DNA from: Callorhinchus milii
Taxonomy: Eukaryota
Direction of reading: 5' to 3'
Length of the DNA: 64,000 nucleotides
Assembly (NCBI RefSeq): GCF_018977255.1
Contig: NW_024704742.1
Location: 87,236,001 to 87,300,000, forward strand
How positions within the stretch are numbered: position 1 is the stretch's first letter; every line of letters starts with the position of its first letter. The notes below the pieces were generated by a model, which was not told where the DNA came from, searched no databases, and saw nothing but the letters and a program-made list of their open reading frames with translations. Shown here piece after piece: positions 38,275-52,050 of this stretch. Made by a program: the position numbers and the translations under genes.

Positions 38275-39060
38275 ACCAAAGAAATGGCAAATAAAATTTA
38301 AGGCAGAAAAATGTGAGGTTGTACACTTTGGGAGGAAGAATGAGAGGAAGAATATAATAATCCTTGCATTTGACATATGCTAGGTATTAAAATATTAAAG
38401 GAGTGGAAAAATAGAGGTTAATGTACATAAATCCTTAAGATGGGAAGGCAGACGGACAAAGCTGTCAAAAAAGTTAATGGATTCTTCGGTTTTACAAATA
38501 GGAGTATACGATACAAAAGCAAAGAGGTAATGCTAAATTTATATAAATTGTTAGTTGGACCACAGTTAGAATATTGTGTCCAGTATTGGTCACCCCACTT
38601 TAGGAAAGATGTCAAGACAATAGAGGGGGTGCAGAGGAGATTTACGAGGATGATAATGGTGATGAGAATGGTCTATGAGCAGAGACTGGAGGAACTGGGA
38701 CTTTTTCCACTACAACAGAGAAATTATGAAGGGTTTTAGGAGAAATTACTTCCACTGGTCAGTGAGTCAGTGAGTAGAAGGCATCTAAGATAGTTTAAAA
38801 TGAGTAAGTAAATGAGAAAATGGGAGTTTAGGAGAATTTTTTTCACACACAGAGCAATTAGGATAAGGAATGCCCTGCTGAGAGCAGCAGTGGTTAAGGC
38901 AGAATCCATATTTGCTTTGAAAAGGGAACTAGATAAATACCTCAAAAGGCTTACAGGGGTATGGGGAAAGGGTAGGCAAATGGACAGAAAGGATTGCTCT
39001 TAAAAGAGCCAATACAGACACAATAGGCCGAATGGCCTTCTTCTGTTCTGTAAATGCTAA
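38275..39060 (+). mobile_element. CR1 LINE 3' fragment
   Basis: LVGPQLEYCVQYWSPHFRKD; ends ggccgaatggccttcttctg. Confidence 0.92.
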
Positions 39061-39759
39061 TGGTTGTATGAACCCAGAAATGGTAACAGAAATGTAAACT
39101 TGGAGGAAGGGTTATGGAGGTGATATTATACAAATTGTTCACTGGGCAGGAAATGCAAATGCCAAGATACACAATTTTCAAGTATGATATTAAGGATGTG
39201 GGAAAGTATGGAATCAGAAAATGCTAATTGTAATTATTAAATGTATTGAGTCCCCGAATGATAAAAACAATTAGCTCCATTAGTCAAACTAAATTGAGGT
39301 GTGTTTGGGATAGTTTGAAAGACAATGTATATTTCTTGAAACATTCATTAGCTGTCCTATTTTGTACAAAATGACAATGATATTCTTTACTTTTGATATA
39401 TCACCTTTCTAAATGTGTCATCATCAAGGTAACAAATAACTTTATTTTACTTACGGTCAAATACAGTGAAGATACAAAACTAATATGAGATTCAAATTCT
39501 GATAAATAGTTATGCCCAACCTTTGACCTGCCTTTTCATTTGGATGCTGATTGGCCTGCTGTGGATTTCTAGCATTCGGTTTCAGATTTTAAACATCTCA
39601 GGTTTTCCTTTCATTTCTAGTATTTGATTAGCTTTGTTTACTGTAACGTCACATTGAATGAAACCCTTCGGTGAACAAATCAATAATCACATCCAATTTC
39701 TGTGCATCCTTTACCTCTGCTAATTGGACCACCATGACCCCCACACCCCCTTCATTTTG

Positions 39760-40200
39760 GTGCCAGCCTAGCCCAGTTGGTAGTACTCTCACCTTTGAGT
39801 CATAATGTTCTGGGTTCAAATCCCATGCCCAGTCTTTGAACTCATAAAGTCGAAGACGACATTCCACTGCAGTGCTGGGGGAGTAGTGTATTATTGGAGG
39901 TGTCGACCTTTGGATGCAAAGCTAAACTTGAGGTCCCTTCTTTTTGTTCACGTAGACTTACAGATTCCATGGCACTATATGAAAAGAGAAGATAATTTCT
40001 CCTAATGTCTTGGTCATCAACCCCCAAGTAAAATTGGTCATTCACTTCATGGCTTCGTGGGACATTGCTGTGTGGGGATTAGCTGTTACGTTCACCCACA
40101 AAATACCTATTCGCTGCACTTTACAGTATACCTGTGGATCTCTTCAGGTCATCCTCCTGATACGAATGATGCTACATCAAATGTAAGGATTATTATTATA
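39760..40200 (+). mobile_element. Older Deu-domain SINE (SacSINE1/AmnSINE1-like)
   Basis: tRNA-like head, Deu-like core (ttgtcggaggtgc..cctt(c/t)ggatg..ttaaa.c.agg..c..tctgcc), same L2-type tail. Related copies near 6790-7110, 8080-8440, 34615-35030, 35400-35700, 50680-51030, 58110-58440, 63360-63680. Confidence 0.75.
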
Positions 40201-40592
40201 AAAGGACATTGAAGATTTGGGGATGGTTCACAGTTATAAAGGGAGATTTGTAGAAGTAATAATAATAATAATAATCTGGATTTGGTATAGTACCTTAGCA
40301 ATGTGCTCTTATTAAAAACAGTATCTTTTCAACACAATGTCTAAATTTATTTGAGATATTTTAGGGCAGAATTTAGGTCTGAATTAAACCATTTGCAATA
40401 TTTTTTCCTAAGGATAAAATAATTATCTCTTTGAGTTGAATGGATGCCTGAGTAAGATAGATACAGTATTATATAACATTGTAGCACCATCTGTTGGTAA
40501 ATGTTTAAAACCTCCAGTAAAAATAAAAGTGGATATCTAAAAAAGAGTCAAAAAATGAAATCTTAGGAGATTGACTGATTGCACCACAGTAA

Positions 40593-41260
40593 TATAATAA
40601 TAATAATAATAATCCTTGCATTTGATATAGCGCTTTTCACGTCGGGAGAACGTCCCAAAGCGCTTCACAGAACACACTGTAAAGTGAATTGACTGTATAT
40701 TTGTGGGCGAACGCGGCAGCCAATTGCGCACAGCAATGTCCCACAAACAGTCGTAGATTGAAAATGACCAATTTATTATTGTTTTGTTTTTTTGGAGGGA
40801 TTATTATTAGGCGTGTGAGTAAGGAAACTTGCCCAAGGTTTCGCCCTGCCTGGAATTGAACTCAGGTCTCTCACTTGCAAAGTGAGTGCTCTAACCACTG
40901 AGCTACAGGACTCCACTAGTACAAACTAGTTTCCAGTACAAACAGTTAGCTTTTGATGACACTTAATAATAATCCTTGCGTTTGATACAGCACCTTATCA
41001 AGTTGTTGAGACATCTCCAAGTGCTTCACAGAATATATTGTAAAGTGATTTGACTATGTATTTTGTGGGTGAAATGCAGCAGCCAATTGTGCACAGCAGT
41101 GTCCCACAAACAGTTGTGGATTGAGTGACCAATTTTTTTTTAAGGTTTAATTATTATCCCCAGAAAGCAATCTGCCACTCGACTAACAACCAAGTTCCTA
41201 CTTACTGCTAGGTAAACAGAGGTGTGTGGAGTTAGGAAACTGTCTAAGGTTTCACCCCAC
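40593..41260 (-). mobile_element. Two tandem tRNA-derived SINEs (40593-40916 short; 40965-41260 long, head-truncated)
   Basis: Family match. Confidence 0.92.
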
Positions 41261-42104
41261 CTCAAAGAAGTGAAATAACCCTGAAAGCCTATGAGGATAC
41301 ATACTATGCTCACGCATGAATGGCCAGCCTAGGTGATGAGTTCAAATCCCAATTGGGGGCTTGAAATAACTACCTGCTGACTGAGAGGCAAGAGTGCTAA
41401 CTGCTGAGCCAAGCTGGAACTTTATGAGGCGTTGCCTTGAGGAAATAAGAAAATAAATTGTCTGGAGAAACATTACCTTTTCTTTTTTTTAAAAAAAGTT
41501 AAAACTGCATTCTTGGTTTCTTCCACTAGGTAGCACTAAGCCAACTAAATTAACCAAATTGATTAATCTCAGTTTGTGTAGCAGTTGGACACTATAAATT
41601 GGTCTTCGTGTCTGTGGGTTAGACTGGGGTGAGGGGAGTCAGACAGTGTTTCCATTCCTGATCAAAAATAGTTCAAAGATGGAAGAAGGTGATCTTGGTC
41701 AAGGACGATGATTATGACTAGAAAACAGCTGGTTCCCATCAGACTGGGACTTTTTCTCCTGATCACTATTGCCGAAATGTTTGCTAATCAAATCTTATGT
41801 GTAATTTTCATTCAGAATCATATTCAGTGGAATTCATGGGTATCGTCTGTTATCCTCAGTGATCTTTTACCCCACTCTGCTGCTCACCCATTTCATTCAA
41901 CTAACTCAGGCTTGCATCCTCTGCCTCTCTGTGCCACCAATGGTGACTGAGCCTTCAACTACTATGCCCCTAAACTCTGAAACTCTCTACCCCTCTGTCT
42001 CACCCCATCCTCTCTATCTGTCTTTAAATCCCACCTTAAACCTAGCTTCGATCACACCTATGGTCACCTTCCACTCCCCCATCCTCTCTTGTTCAGCATA
42101 TACA

Positions 42105-42400
42105 ATACAAAAGTACATTTGTATGGCGCCTTTCACGTCGGAAGGAAGTGTCAAAGCACTGGACAGTCAGGGATTTGGACCCGAACTGGGGGTCGAGATC
42201 AAGGAGGGTGGCCAAACCCTCGGTCGAAAAGAAGGGTTTTGAGATGCACCTTGACGGAGGCTAGGGAGGGAGTGAGGCATAGGGAATGTGGGATGGAGTT
42301 CCATAGGGTGGGGGCAAAAGAGCTGAAGGCCCGACTGTCAATGGTGGGGCGGGCCAGGCGGGGAATGAGGAGCAGGTCACAACCCGCTGAGCGGAGGGAA
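42105..42400 (-). mobile_element. L2 LINE 3' end
   Basis: RAFSSFAPTLWNSIP..LKTLLF. Confidence 0.88.
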
Positions 42401-42503
42401 TGGAAAGTTGTAGTTAACTCAGTCATGGTTAAACTCTCAAAAGACATTGTCCTACATGAAGGGGCGCTATATAAATGTAAGTCTGTAGTTTGTAAATGTA
42501 AGT

Positions 42504-42844
42504 GTGGAGTCCTGTAGCTGTGTGGAGTCCTGTAGCTCAGTGGTTAGAGCACTCGCTTTGCAAGCGAGAGACCTGAGTTCAATTCCGGGCAGTGGGCGAA
42601 ACCTTGGGCAAGTTTCCTTACTCCACACAGAGCCTAATAATAATCCCTTCAAAAAACAATAATAAATTGGTCATTTTCAATCTACGACTGTTTGTGGGAC
42701 ATTGCTGTGCGCAATTGGCTGCCGCGTTCGCCCACAAATATACAGTTAATTTACTTTACAGTGTGTTCTGTGAAGCGCTTTGGGACGTCCTCCCAACGTG
42801 AAAAGCGCTATATCAAATGCAAGGATTATTATTATTATTATTAT
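42504..42844 (+). mobile_element. tRNA-derived SINE with duplicated first ~18 nt
   Basis: gtggagtcctgtagct-gt-gtggagtcctgtagctcag. Confidence 0.95.
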
Positions 42845-43334
42845 AAGTTGTTGTTATGGCTGCTTGTAGTGTTTGCTACTTTGTGACCTTCATCACAGTA
42901 GTTTGTAAAACGGGAAAACGTATTACATTAGTTCGTTAAACATATAATGTCAGGAACAGTGTCTGTATTTAGTCAATTAATTCAATCATAACAAGTTTCT
43001 TTGTTTGAATTTACATGTGTCAAATGCATGGCACATTAAAACTGTTTTGCTAACTTCTCCAACAATAGCTCAGTAAGTAAAGCTATTAGCCAAGTGAAAA
43101 TGAATCTTACAGAAAGGGTTGATCCCCAGTCTGTGCAGAGGTAGAGAGTCTGTGCTGGAGTAGTCAGTCTGCGCTGGGGTAGCCTTACAATTGTTAAAAC
43201 TCCAGGGTTAAGGAGAAGTCTTTTGAAACTCAGGATAAGGTGCACCCGTAGTGCAGAGTATATGTTTTTTTAATACAGTGTAATATTAAAGGTGAAATGC
43301 TTCAAACCATAATCAATGTTTTTGTGGACAGATG

Positions 43335-43525
43335 GACTCACACATTCACATATGCATGCACACTCACTCTTTTAGTATTGACAAATTCACTCACACTCAC
43401 AGATAAACTCACTCACTCACTCACTCACACAAATTCACTCACTCAGATCCTCACACTCACATATTCACTCACAAATTCACCCACTCGTTCAGATTCATTC
43501 ACTCACAGATTCATCACTCACACAC
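43335..43525. repeat. Degenerate (CACT)n microsatellite
   Basis: Direct reading. Confidence 0.85.
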
Positions 43526-44678
43526 CCAATCCGGCTCTTACAATATGATAATTTTACTGGCCACAATGACTTTCAGCTGTAGGCGGCAGTGTTGTGAAGC
43601 TCGTGAAAGTATATAATGATCTGCTATTTTCATACTACAGAAAGAAACAAATCCAACTGAAAGGGATACAGAGCGCCTGCAAAACCAGAAGCTGAGCTTT
43701 CATTTCTTATGAAGCTTAGATCTTTCAATATAAAAATCACGAAAACAATCGCCTCTATTGTGGCGGAGATTAAATACTAAAGTTCATGGGCGAATTAGCA
43801 TTTTCCAGTGCAAGTCTGTAATAGGAAGTATGGAGAAGCACTGAGGAAGGCAAAACAGAGTGGGGTTCATTTGATTTTGGGGAATAAGATGGTGTTTTTT
43901 AAGGGATCAAACCTGCCAAACTCTTCCAAGGTTGATGCCTGACCACTTCACATCAGTTCATGGTAGGGTGGTCCCAGCTGGACAGCAGTGGGAAAGCTTG
44001 CCAGAGGGAGATATCAATGGCATGCTATGCGGTTTCAGCTGGTTAGACTCCAATGCACACTCTGGGCTCCGCAAGCTTTGCCTCTTGTCAATCTGTGCCT
44101 AATACTTTCTGGAATTAGGTAAGCAGGATCCATCCCGCCCTCCAGGGAGAGTGCCATTCCATTCCAACAATCATTCTCTGAGCTTTCCATGTTTAGGTGG
44201 GATGAGTGGAATCTATCTCAGCTTGGGTTGGACACTCTTAAGCACAGGCCAGATACCCCGTTGACTAAAACAAATTAATCTGATTCACTGTGGAGTAAGG
44301 ACCCTAAAAACAAACCACACACTGCTGACTTGCACAACGTTGCACTTGCCAAAGTCCCCATTGCATAGTTAGCGATAACGTTAGTTTCTCCACTACTGTG
44401 AATAGGAACAGTTGCAAAATCTACTACTCTATTAATGGGGGGATGTTTGCACCTGCACCAATGTCATCCCGTAAGCAGTTCCCACTCCCCAAACAGAAAC
44501 CCAATACCCACACTCGATCTGAACCAGTATTGCTGGTTTCGGCTGTGTGGACAGAGAACATCCGCCACGGATTGCAATTGGTTGTGAAAGCGACGAAGGG
44601 GCAGGAAGCCGGTCCCAGCCCGATGGCTGATTCACCAGGAAAAATAAAATAACTGCCGACCAAAGCGCCTGGTGTGGT

Positions 44679-45085
44679 CCCTGCCCCCTTGCCCGCTGGC
44701 CCCCTGCCCGCCGCCCCCCTATCCCCGCTGCCCCCCTGCCCGCTGCCCCCCTGCCTGCTGCCCTGCTGCCCCCTAACTCCTCTGCCCCCCTGCCCGCTGC
44801 CCCCCTGCCCCCTTGCCCGCTGCCCCCCTATCCCCGCTGCCCCCCTGCCCGCTGCCCCCCTGCCCGCTGCCCCCCTGCCCCTGCCTGCTGCCCTGCTGCC
44901 CCTACCTCCTCTGCCCCCTTGCCCGCTGCCCCCTTGCTGCCCGCCCCCCTGCCCTGCCCCCTGCCCTGCCCCCCTTCCCGCTGCCCCCTATCCCCGCTGC
45001 CCCCTGCCGCTGCCCCCCTGCCCCCCTGCCCCTGCTGCCCCCCTGCCCTGCCCCCTGCCCTGCCCTGCCCCCCTGTCTCCTTGCC
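44679..45085. repeat. C-rich degenerate tandem repeat (CCCCCTG / CCCGCTG units)
   Basis: About 400 bp of C3-C6 runs separated by TG/GCTG. Confidence 0.95.
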
Positions 45086-45278
45086 CAGCCCGAGCCCTCG
45101 GCTGGCGCTGCCTCAGAGACTGCCCCTCTGTTGCGCAATTGGCTCTGCGTTGGGGAATTAGGTGGAAACGCGGAAGTTTCCACCCCCCGATGTGGCATTT
45201 TAATCACCTCGTTCACAAGCCTCTGACATCCAGCGGACCAGCCTCACTGCGTGGAACCCCCCCCCCGCCCCCGGGGCC

Positions 45279-45331
45279 ATGGCGAGCTTGTCCAGCGCGG
45301 AGAGGAGAGCCTTTGCTCAGAAGATCAACAG
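45279..45331 (+). CDS. DOCK8: Dedicator of cytokinesis 8, coding exon 1 (MASLSSAERRAFAQKINR); gene continues beyond the window
   Basis: Kozak gccATGG; DOCK-C N-terminal signature ERRAFA.KI.R (human DOCK8 MATLPSAERRAFALKINR); AG|gtgaga donor; adjacency to CBWD favours DOCK8 over DOCK6/7. Confidence 0.92.
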
Positions 45332-45464
45332 GTGAGACGCGGTTTGCCCGAGTGGTCGGGGGTTGAGGTGATGGGAGAGACGCTGTTACCCTTTGCCGCA
45401 GTATATGCACTTTATACAGTATAGGGCTCATGTTCTCTGAGAAATGCAGAACTGTCCACAGAAG

Positions 45465-45560
45465 GCAGACAGACAGACACAGACAGACAGACACAGACAG
45501 ACAGACACACAGACAGACACACAGACACAGACACACAGACACAGACAGACAGACGGACGG
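45465..45560. repeat. (CAGA/CACAGA)n microsatellite
   Basis: Direct reading. Confidence 0.95.
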
Positions 45561-48500
45561 GCTGGGACACGATTTTCTGAGGGCAATGCGGTTGTTGTGC
45601 ATATATAGGTACAGAGATATTTAAATATAAGTGACTGTTGCCTTTCCAACTTTTCGAACTGTCCGTTTCTGAAGTCGAGTCTCTCTCGTGTTCAGAAGTC
45701 GTCTCCTGATAAACCGTGTCAGGTGGTTTATCTTACATTTTTTTTAAAAAAAAACTTAATTCAACTCTCTGGCGTTGTCACCTGAGCTAAATGCATCGCT
45801 TCCTCCTGGAGTGCCGGAGCTCAGGACAGTTTGGATAATGTAGATTTATGGTATGTAAGTCCCTTCCAACAGTGGGAGCCATTAAATGTACTACACACTG
45901 ATGGTTTTTGTGGTGTGAACGCCACAGCACTTACAGTGTACGCTAATGCTATGTATCACTGTACTCTAATATAATATAACAATTCTTGCATTTGATGTAG
46001 CGCTTTTCGCGTCTTCGAGGCGTCTCAAAGCGCTACACAGAATAGGCTGTAAAGTGAATTGACTGTATATTTGTGGGCGAAATGTGGCAGCCAATTGCGC
46101 GCAGGAGTGTCCCACAAACAGTCGTGGGTTGAAGTGACCAAATTATTATTTTTTCTCTCGAGGGATTATTATCAATAATGATGAGTGTGTCACTACATTT
46201 AGTGATCACTCAGAGCCTCACTAGTGTGTCCCCTGATTCATCAGAACTGCAGCCTGGATCAGATAGGGTCAATGGTGACTACATATTTTAAAAAGTTAAT
46301 CAGTTAAAGGCTACTTTTCTAAAAACTTTCCTTTGGTGTGGGAGCGCATTAGGTAAAGTTGTGGATCAGAGACACTGGGATGTTTTAATATATGTAGTTA
46401 TCAAGTTTCACAGAAAAAATGATTAAGAGAACTGCTTTTTTTCTTGCATTTACTTCCCTGTCATTGGACCGCACGATTCTATGAAACTGAACATATTGTC
46501 CATTAAGTTTACCGCATGAGTGTCAGAATAAACCTGTCGTGATGATTACAACTGTTTGTGGGACACTGCTGTGTGCATTTGGCTGCCACGTTTCACCCAC
46601 ACATATACAATCAATTCATTTTACAGTATATTCTGTGAAGGCCAGGGAGGTTGAGGGGTTTGGAGATAGATGGAGACATTGGCGGAAGATGGCTATAGAA
46701 AGTATTTAGAAAGTGTTACGAGGCCATATGATGCTGAAACGTATCTCTTGCCCTCTCTATACCTACACTATGCCTTCCTTTTCAAATCTCCTGCAGCTCT
46801 TTCTTGTCGCTTTAATATTCGCCTTCATCCTCAGATTATTTCACAAGCATTTGCCATTGCTTTCCTTTTTGTCAATGTTTAATATTTCTTCCCATTTTCA
46901 GTTTCACTGTATTTCAATTCGCTTCTTTCGATAAATTTTCTTTGAAATTAGTTTGAATTCCACACCCCCACACCTTTCCCATTTTTGGTGCTGTATGCTT
47001 GATTATTTGCTGAATTGTTTGCCTTTAGTTTTGTCTGAAAGGGCTTTTGAATTTTTCTATTCTTGAACCTTACTTTGCATATCTGATAGGGCAGAACAGT
47101 ATACGTGCAGAACTTATTTCCCTACAGGTCAGATGTACCCAATCAAAAAATGGGGAAAAATATGATGCTGTCCTATGGGTCTAAGTGCAATGGTCCTATG
47201 TGAGCACAATTAATCCTTTGCCTTACTCTGATAACACTTTTACAGCTAATACTTATCTTTACACTTTAGAAGTTTGATCCACTTTAACAATTGGAAAAGT
47301 ACTGTAGATGCTTCTTTTGCATTGAGGGGTTTTAACTACTAAAGGGGTTTCTCTACAGAATATACAGACACTCCACTTTACAGTAAATCAGGTGAGGCAT
47401 TTTGAGAGATTCTCCTGATGTGAAAAGTGATGTATCATATACAAGGGTTATTATTCTTATTTTCATGTGAAATCAGCAAGATAACTAATTGCGCTTCTAA
47501 GATTATAATAATCCTTGCGTTTGATATTGCGCCTTATCACGTCATCAAGATGTCTCATAGCGCTTCACAGGATTTACTATGAAGTGGTCACTGTATATAG
47601 GCGAATGCAGCAGCCAATTTAACTGTTTAATTCTAAGATTGTAAATTTAGTAGTCCAACGAGTACTTGCAGAAACTACTGGCTACTATCTAGGTGATTGT
47701 AAATTTCAACCACATGTATAAAATACTAAATCACAATTTGACATGTTGACAGCCTCTGATCACATGCTACATACTAAGTAAATAAGTTGTTGATGTTCAG
47801 TGATCGTTATATTTGAGGGAACAAAACGTGAGCCTCAAGTTGAAACCTGTTAATGGCACACTGATGTGACTCACAAGCATATATCGTTTTCCTGGTCACT
47901 GAAACATGAGGAATCATTGGCAATGTCAGTGAAACAATTTACTTGTTAATCAAACTGCAAGGAAAGATGGGGACTGATGAATTGACTGAAATCCAACTGA
48001 TGACTTTGGTCTTATTTACCATTTACTTCACAACTCTCTTCCCAGAGACATTTTACTACCTCCATTTAACATAGACTGAAGTATTTGAAGTCTGCAGAAC
48101 AGTTAAATGATTCAATTATAATCATAATTCTTGTATTTAATATAGCGCCTTATCGCATATTCAAGATGTCTCAAAGCACTTCACAGAATGCACTGTAAAG
48201 TGAATTGACTGTATAATTTGTGGGTGAAACGCGGCAGCCGATTGCAGACAGCAGTGACCCACAAGCAGTTGTGGATTGAGTGATCAATTTTTTTCTTAAA
48301 ATTTAAATTCCACGGTGGGGGTGGGTGGGAAGCGACACATTGCATCTGTTGGGTATCGTGTTTTTCCTTATTGCAAAATGTTCTGAAGATAGTTTTTGTA
48401 ATTAGAATAATAATAATGATAATAAAGGATAATAATGCTTAAAAAAAACAATAATTTGGTCACTCAATCCAAGACTGTTTGTGGGACACTGCTGTGCTCA

Positions 48501-48794
48501 ATTGACTGCCTCGTTTCACCCACACATATACAATCAACTCACTTTACAGTATATTCTGTGAAGTGCTTTGAAACGTCTCAAAGATGTGAAAAGCGCTATA
48601 TCAAATGCAAGGTTATCATTATTAGAAGACAAGCCTAAATCTAGACACAGGTGGAATTTTCCCTTTTACGTGTATACAAATGAGAGAAGTATGTGCATGT
48701 GTACTTATACCACTTGGGCAAGCCGTTTCTATCAGATGGTTCACTGAGAGTTGAAGGTGCTATTTTATGAATAGCTTTTATTGTAGTACTAAAA

Positions 48795-49590
48795 ATCATA
48801 GAATGTTCCAGATAGAAATAGGCTATTCAGAATATATTAGAATATACAGCACAGAAACAGGTCATTTGGCCTAACTGGTCTGTGCTGGTGTTTATGCTCC
48901 ACATGAGCCTCCTCCTGCCCTTCCTCAACTAAGCCTTCAAGCATAACCTTCTATTCCTTTCTCCCTCATGTACCTATCTAGCTTCCCCTTAAATACATCT
49001 ATGCTATTTGCCTCAACAACTGCTTGTAGCAGCGTGTTCCACATTCTCACTACTCTCTGTGTGAAGAATTTCTTCTAACTTCCCTATTTTATCTATTTGT
49101 GACTATTTTATCTTGATGGCCCCTGGTTTTGGTCTCCCGCACAAGTGGAAACATCTTCCCTATGTCTACCCTATCAAAACCTTTCATAATCCTGAAGACC
49201 TCTACCAGGTCACCCCTTACCCTCCTCTTTTGAAGAGAAAACAGTCCAAGCATGTTCAGCCTTTCCTGATGGGTATAACCTCTCAGTTCTGGGATCATCT
49301 TTGTGAATCTCCTTTGCACCCTCTCCAGTGCCTCTACATCCCTTCTATAATGTGGGGACCAGAACTGCACACAGTATTCTAAGTGTGGTCTAACCGAGGT
49401 TCTATAGAAGTTTACCATAACTTCCCTGTTTTTCATTTCTATCCCTCAAGAAATGAACCCGAATGCCAGGTTTGCCTTTTTTATGGCCTTATTAACCTGA
49501 GTTGCTACTTTTAGTGAATTGTGTATGTGTACCCCCATGTCCCTTTGCTCCTCTACCCCATTTAGGTTTTTATTTTCCAGAATGTATGTA
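48795..49590 (-). mobile_element. CR1 LINE 3' fragment
   Basis: [35 protein letters not shown]. Confidence 0.93.
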
Positions 49591-49930
49591 ACATTTAATC
49601 AATGCTGATGTTTTTCTCCACATGAGCCACTTAGGCTTATCCTTCTCTCCTGCTCAGTCTTCCCTCTAATGTTCCTCTGTAGTACGACAAATAATTTATC
49701 ATTATTATCAAAAAACAAGCTGTGTAACATTAGTTTGTTTTTTTGTACTTGGTTTTCACTGAACGATAAAACAGGCCATGAGTCATTATGTCCCCAAGCT
49801 CTGGAATTCCCTGCTTCTATCCCTCTGCCTCACCCCCTCTCAATCTATCTTTATGACTCAAGTTAAAACCTACCTCTTCGATCTACTCCCCCTCCCTCTT
49901 CCTTCATGCTCAGTATCCACCCTCACCACT

Positions 49931-50244
49931 GTGAAGTCCTGTAGCTCAGTGGTTAGAGCACTCGCTTTGCAAGCGAGAGACCTGAGTTCAATTCCAGGCA
50001 GGGCGAAACCTTGGGCAAGTTTCCTTCTCCACACTCCTAATAAAAATCCCTCCAAAAAAACCCAATAATAAATTGGTCATTTTCAATCTACGATTGTTTG
50101 TGGGACAATGCTGTGCGCAATTGGCTGCCGCGTTCACCCACAAATATACAATCAATTCACTTTACAGTATATACTGTGAAGCGCTTTAAGACGTCTAGAA
50201 GACGTGAAAAGAGCTATGTCAAATGCAAGGATTATTATTATTAT
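49931..50244 (+). mobile_element. tRNA-derived SINE, short subtype
   Basis: Family match. Confidence 0.93.
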
Positions 50245-52050
50245 AAGTGCTCCGAAGCTATATGAAATGCAAGGATTATATTATTATTGTATGTTAAGGA
50301 AAAGGAAACTTTTTCGGCTCCAACAACTTCTCCAATCACTGAGGAAGCTTCACTGAAGAAAACAATGGTGAATGAACTTTCCTACTTCTACAGAGGAGCG
50401 GGGAAGAAAAGGCAGGACATACCATCATTATATTGTGGTGGCTATGATTTCATTTTGCTGTCCTGCTGGTTAAAACATACTGCACTACAAACATGGTGGC
50501 TTTAATAGCAATGGGGGAGTGATGATAACTCTTGTTTCATGATTTGTATTATAAAGGTCAATTACAGGAGAGGAGGGAGCTGTCCATGTGATGATTATGA
50601 GTTGTACAGTATTTTGTTTTTTTGAACAGATTATTCCTCAACAATACTAATCGGCAAGTCAAGGTCTCCTCCGCAGAATCCTTACATTTATAATGTTTCT
50701 TGGGACGACTTCTCAAAGCACTTACCAGAAATTTACTGTAAAAAGTGTAGTGATTGTATTTGTCGGTGATTGTAGCAGTCAAATTGCACAGAAAAATGTC
50801 AAACAGCCATGAAGTGAATGACCAATTTTATTTAGGGGATTGTTGGCCAGAAAACCAGGAGAAACTCCCTTCTGTTTTCGAATAGTGCCATGGGATTTTT
50901 AAAGTCCACCTGAACAGACAGACGGGACCTTGGTTTAATGTCTCATCTGGAAAAAAAACTCCTTGGGTGGTGCAGCACCCCTTTTCTGCTCTAGATGTTC
51001 CACTCATGTCAGTAGAGTGCCAGTGTATGACATTCACAGTTCACCACCAAATCCCTTGCAAACCACCTGTTTGAGATGGCCTCCCAACGTGAAAGGCGAG
51101 CTATAAATGTAACTTTGTTGGTTTGTTTTCCACACCAATCCGAAGCATTTGTTCTTTCCTTCTCAAACCAGTCCGCCTCTTAATAAAATGTCTCATGACT
51201 GCTGTGCAGTCAGTAGACACACTTAACAATGTCTCTCCTCTCTCTTTCCCCCCATCCATCCCACCATTCACTCACCTGACATCATTGATCCACTTTCATT
51301 TTTACCACAAGGAATTGTCACTCAGTACAGTTCTAAAGGGGATGCTGTTAAAAACACTGAGGCCAGTGATTTGCATTGGCTAGGATGCCTCCTCCTTTAA
51401 ATTAATTTCCCTTCAAGAAACCTTCGCAGAGGAGTGCGGCCTCTCCCTTGCTGCTTATCATCATCCCTCCCATTCAAGCCATCCTGGTCAGCACAGATAA
51501 CTATAGCTACTGAAACGCTAAATAGTGAATTCATGATATAAGTGCAATTCTTTGACAAGGAAAAAATCTTCTTGTATGGTGTAGCTCATTTTGCTTAATT
51601 GTTTACACTAGTCGGATCCTTTAGAAGAGTTCTGGGAAGCTTCCTGAAGGCAATTTAAATAGAAGCCTGTCAATTTTAAAGTATAACATTTAAAATTAAA
51701 CTTTATCCAGCTCGGGTGCAAACCCTTAACTGTCCAGAGCCTTGAGATATCCGTCCAACCTGAAGTGTGCTATATAAATGTAATTTGTTATTGTGTTGTT
51801 TTGGGAAGCTAGGTTCCAACTGTAACATTGATGGTGTCACTTCATTGCTTGTTGGGTATGAAACTCTGTAGTTTAAGCTTCCATCTGGTACATAACAGTT
51901 CCAATGTTATTTTTTCATAAATCTGAAATCATAAGGCATTTTTACATGTTGTGCCTGAGGGTTCAGCCATTGAACCCTTCAATCAATAATTACTGTACCA
52001 GCGATAATGTGGTTTGAGAAAAGAAAATATGTTGAGCTTTGTGGGATATT

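Larger units (their letters stand above)
44560..45400. promoter_or_regulatory. CpG island / DOCK8 promoter
   Basis: GC/CpG-rich block containing DOCK8 exon 1; TTGCGCAA at 45131 and CGGAAGT at 45171. Confidence 0.8.

Noticed and set aside
42522..42595. tRNA-Ala-like sequences
   Set aside because: They are SINE heads running straight into the SINE body; no complete acceptor stem.
42692..42886. Recurring [29 protein letters not shown] (also 34111, 40537, 58639, 2617)
   Set aside because: Translation of the SINE body and (TTA)n tail, not a gene family.
44674..45366. 230-aa Pro/Cys-rich ORF and overlapping ORFs
   Set aside because: Translation of the C-rich tandem repeat; stop-free by composition. 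The real coding segment is 45279-45331 in another frame.
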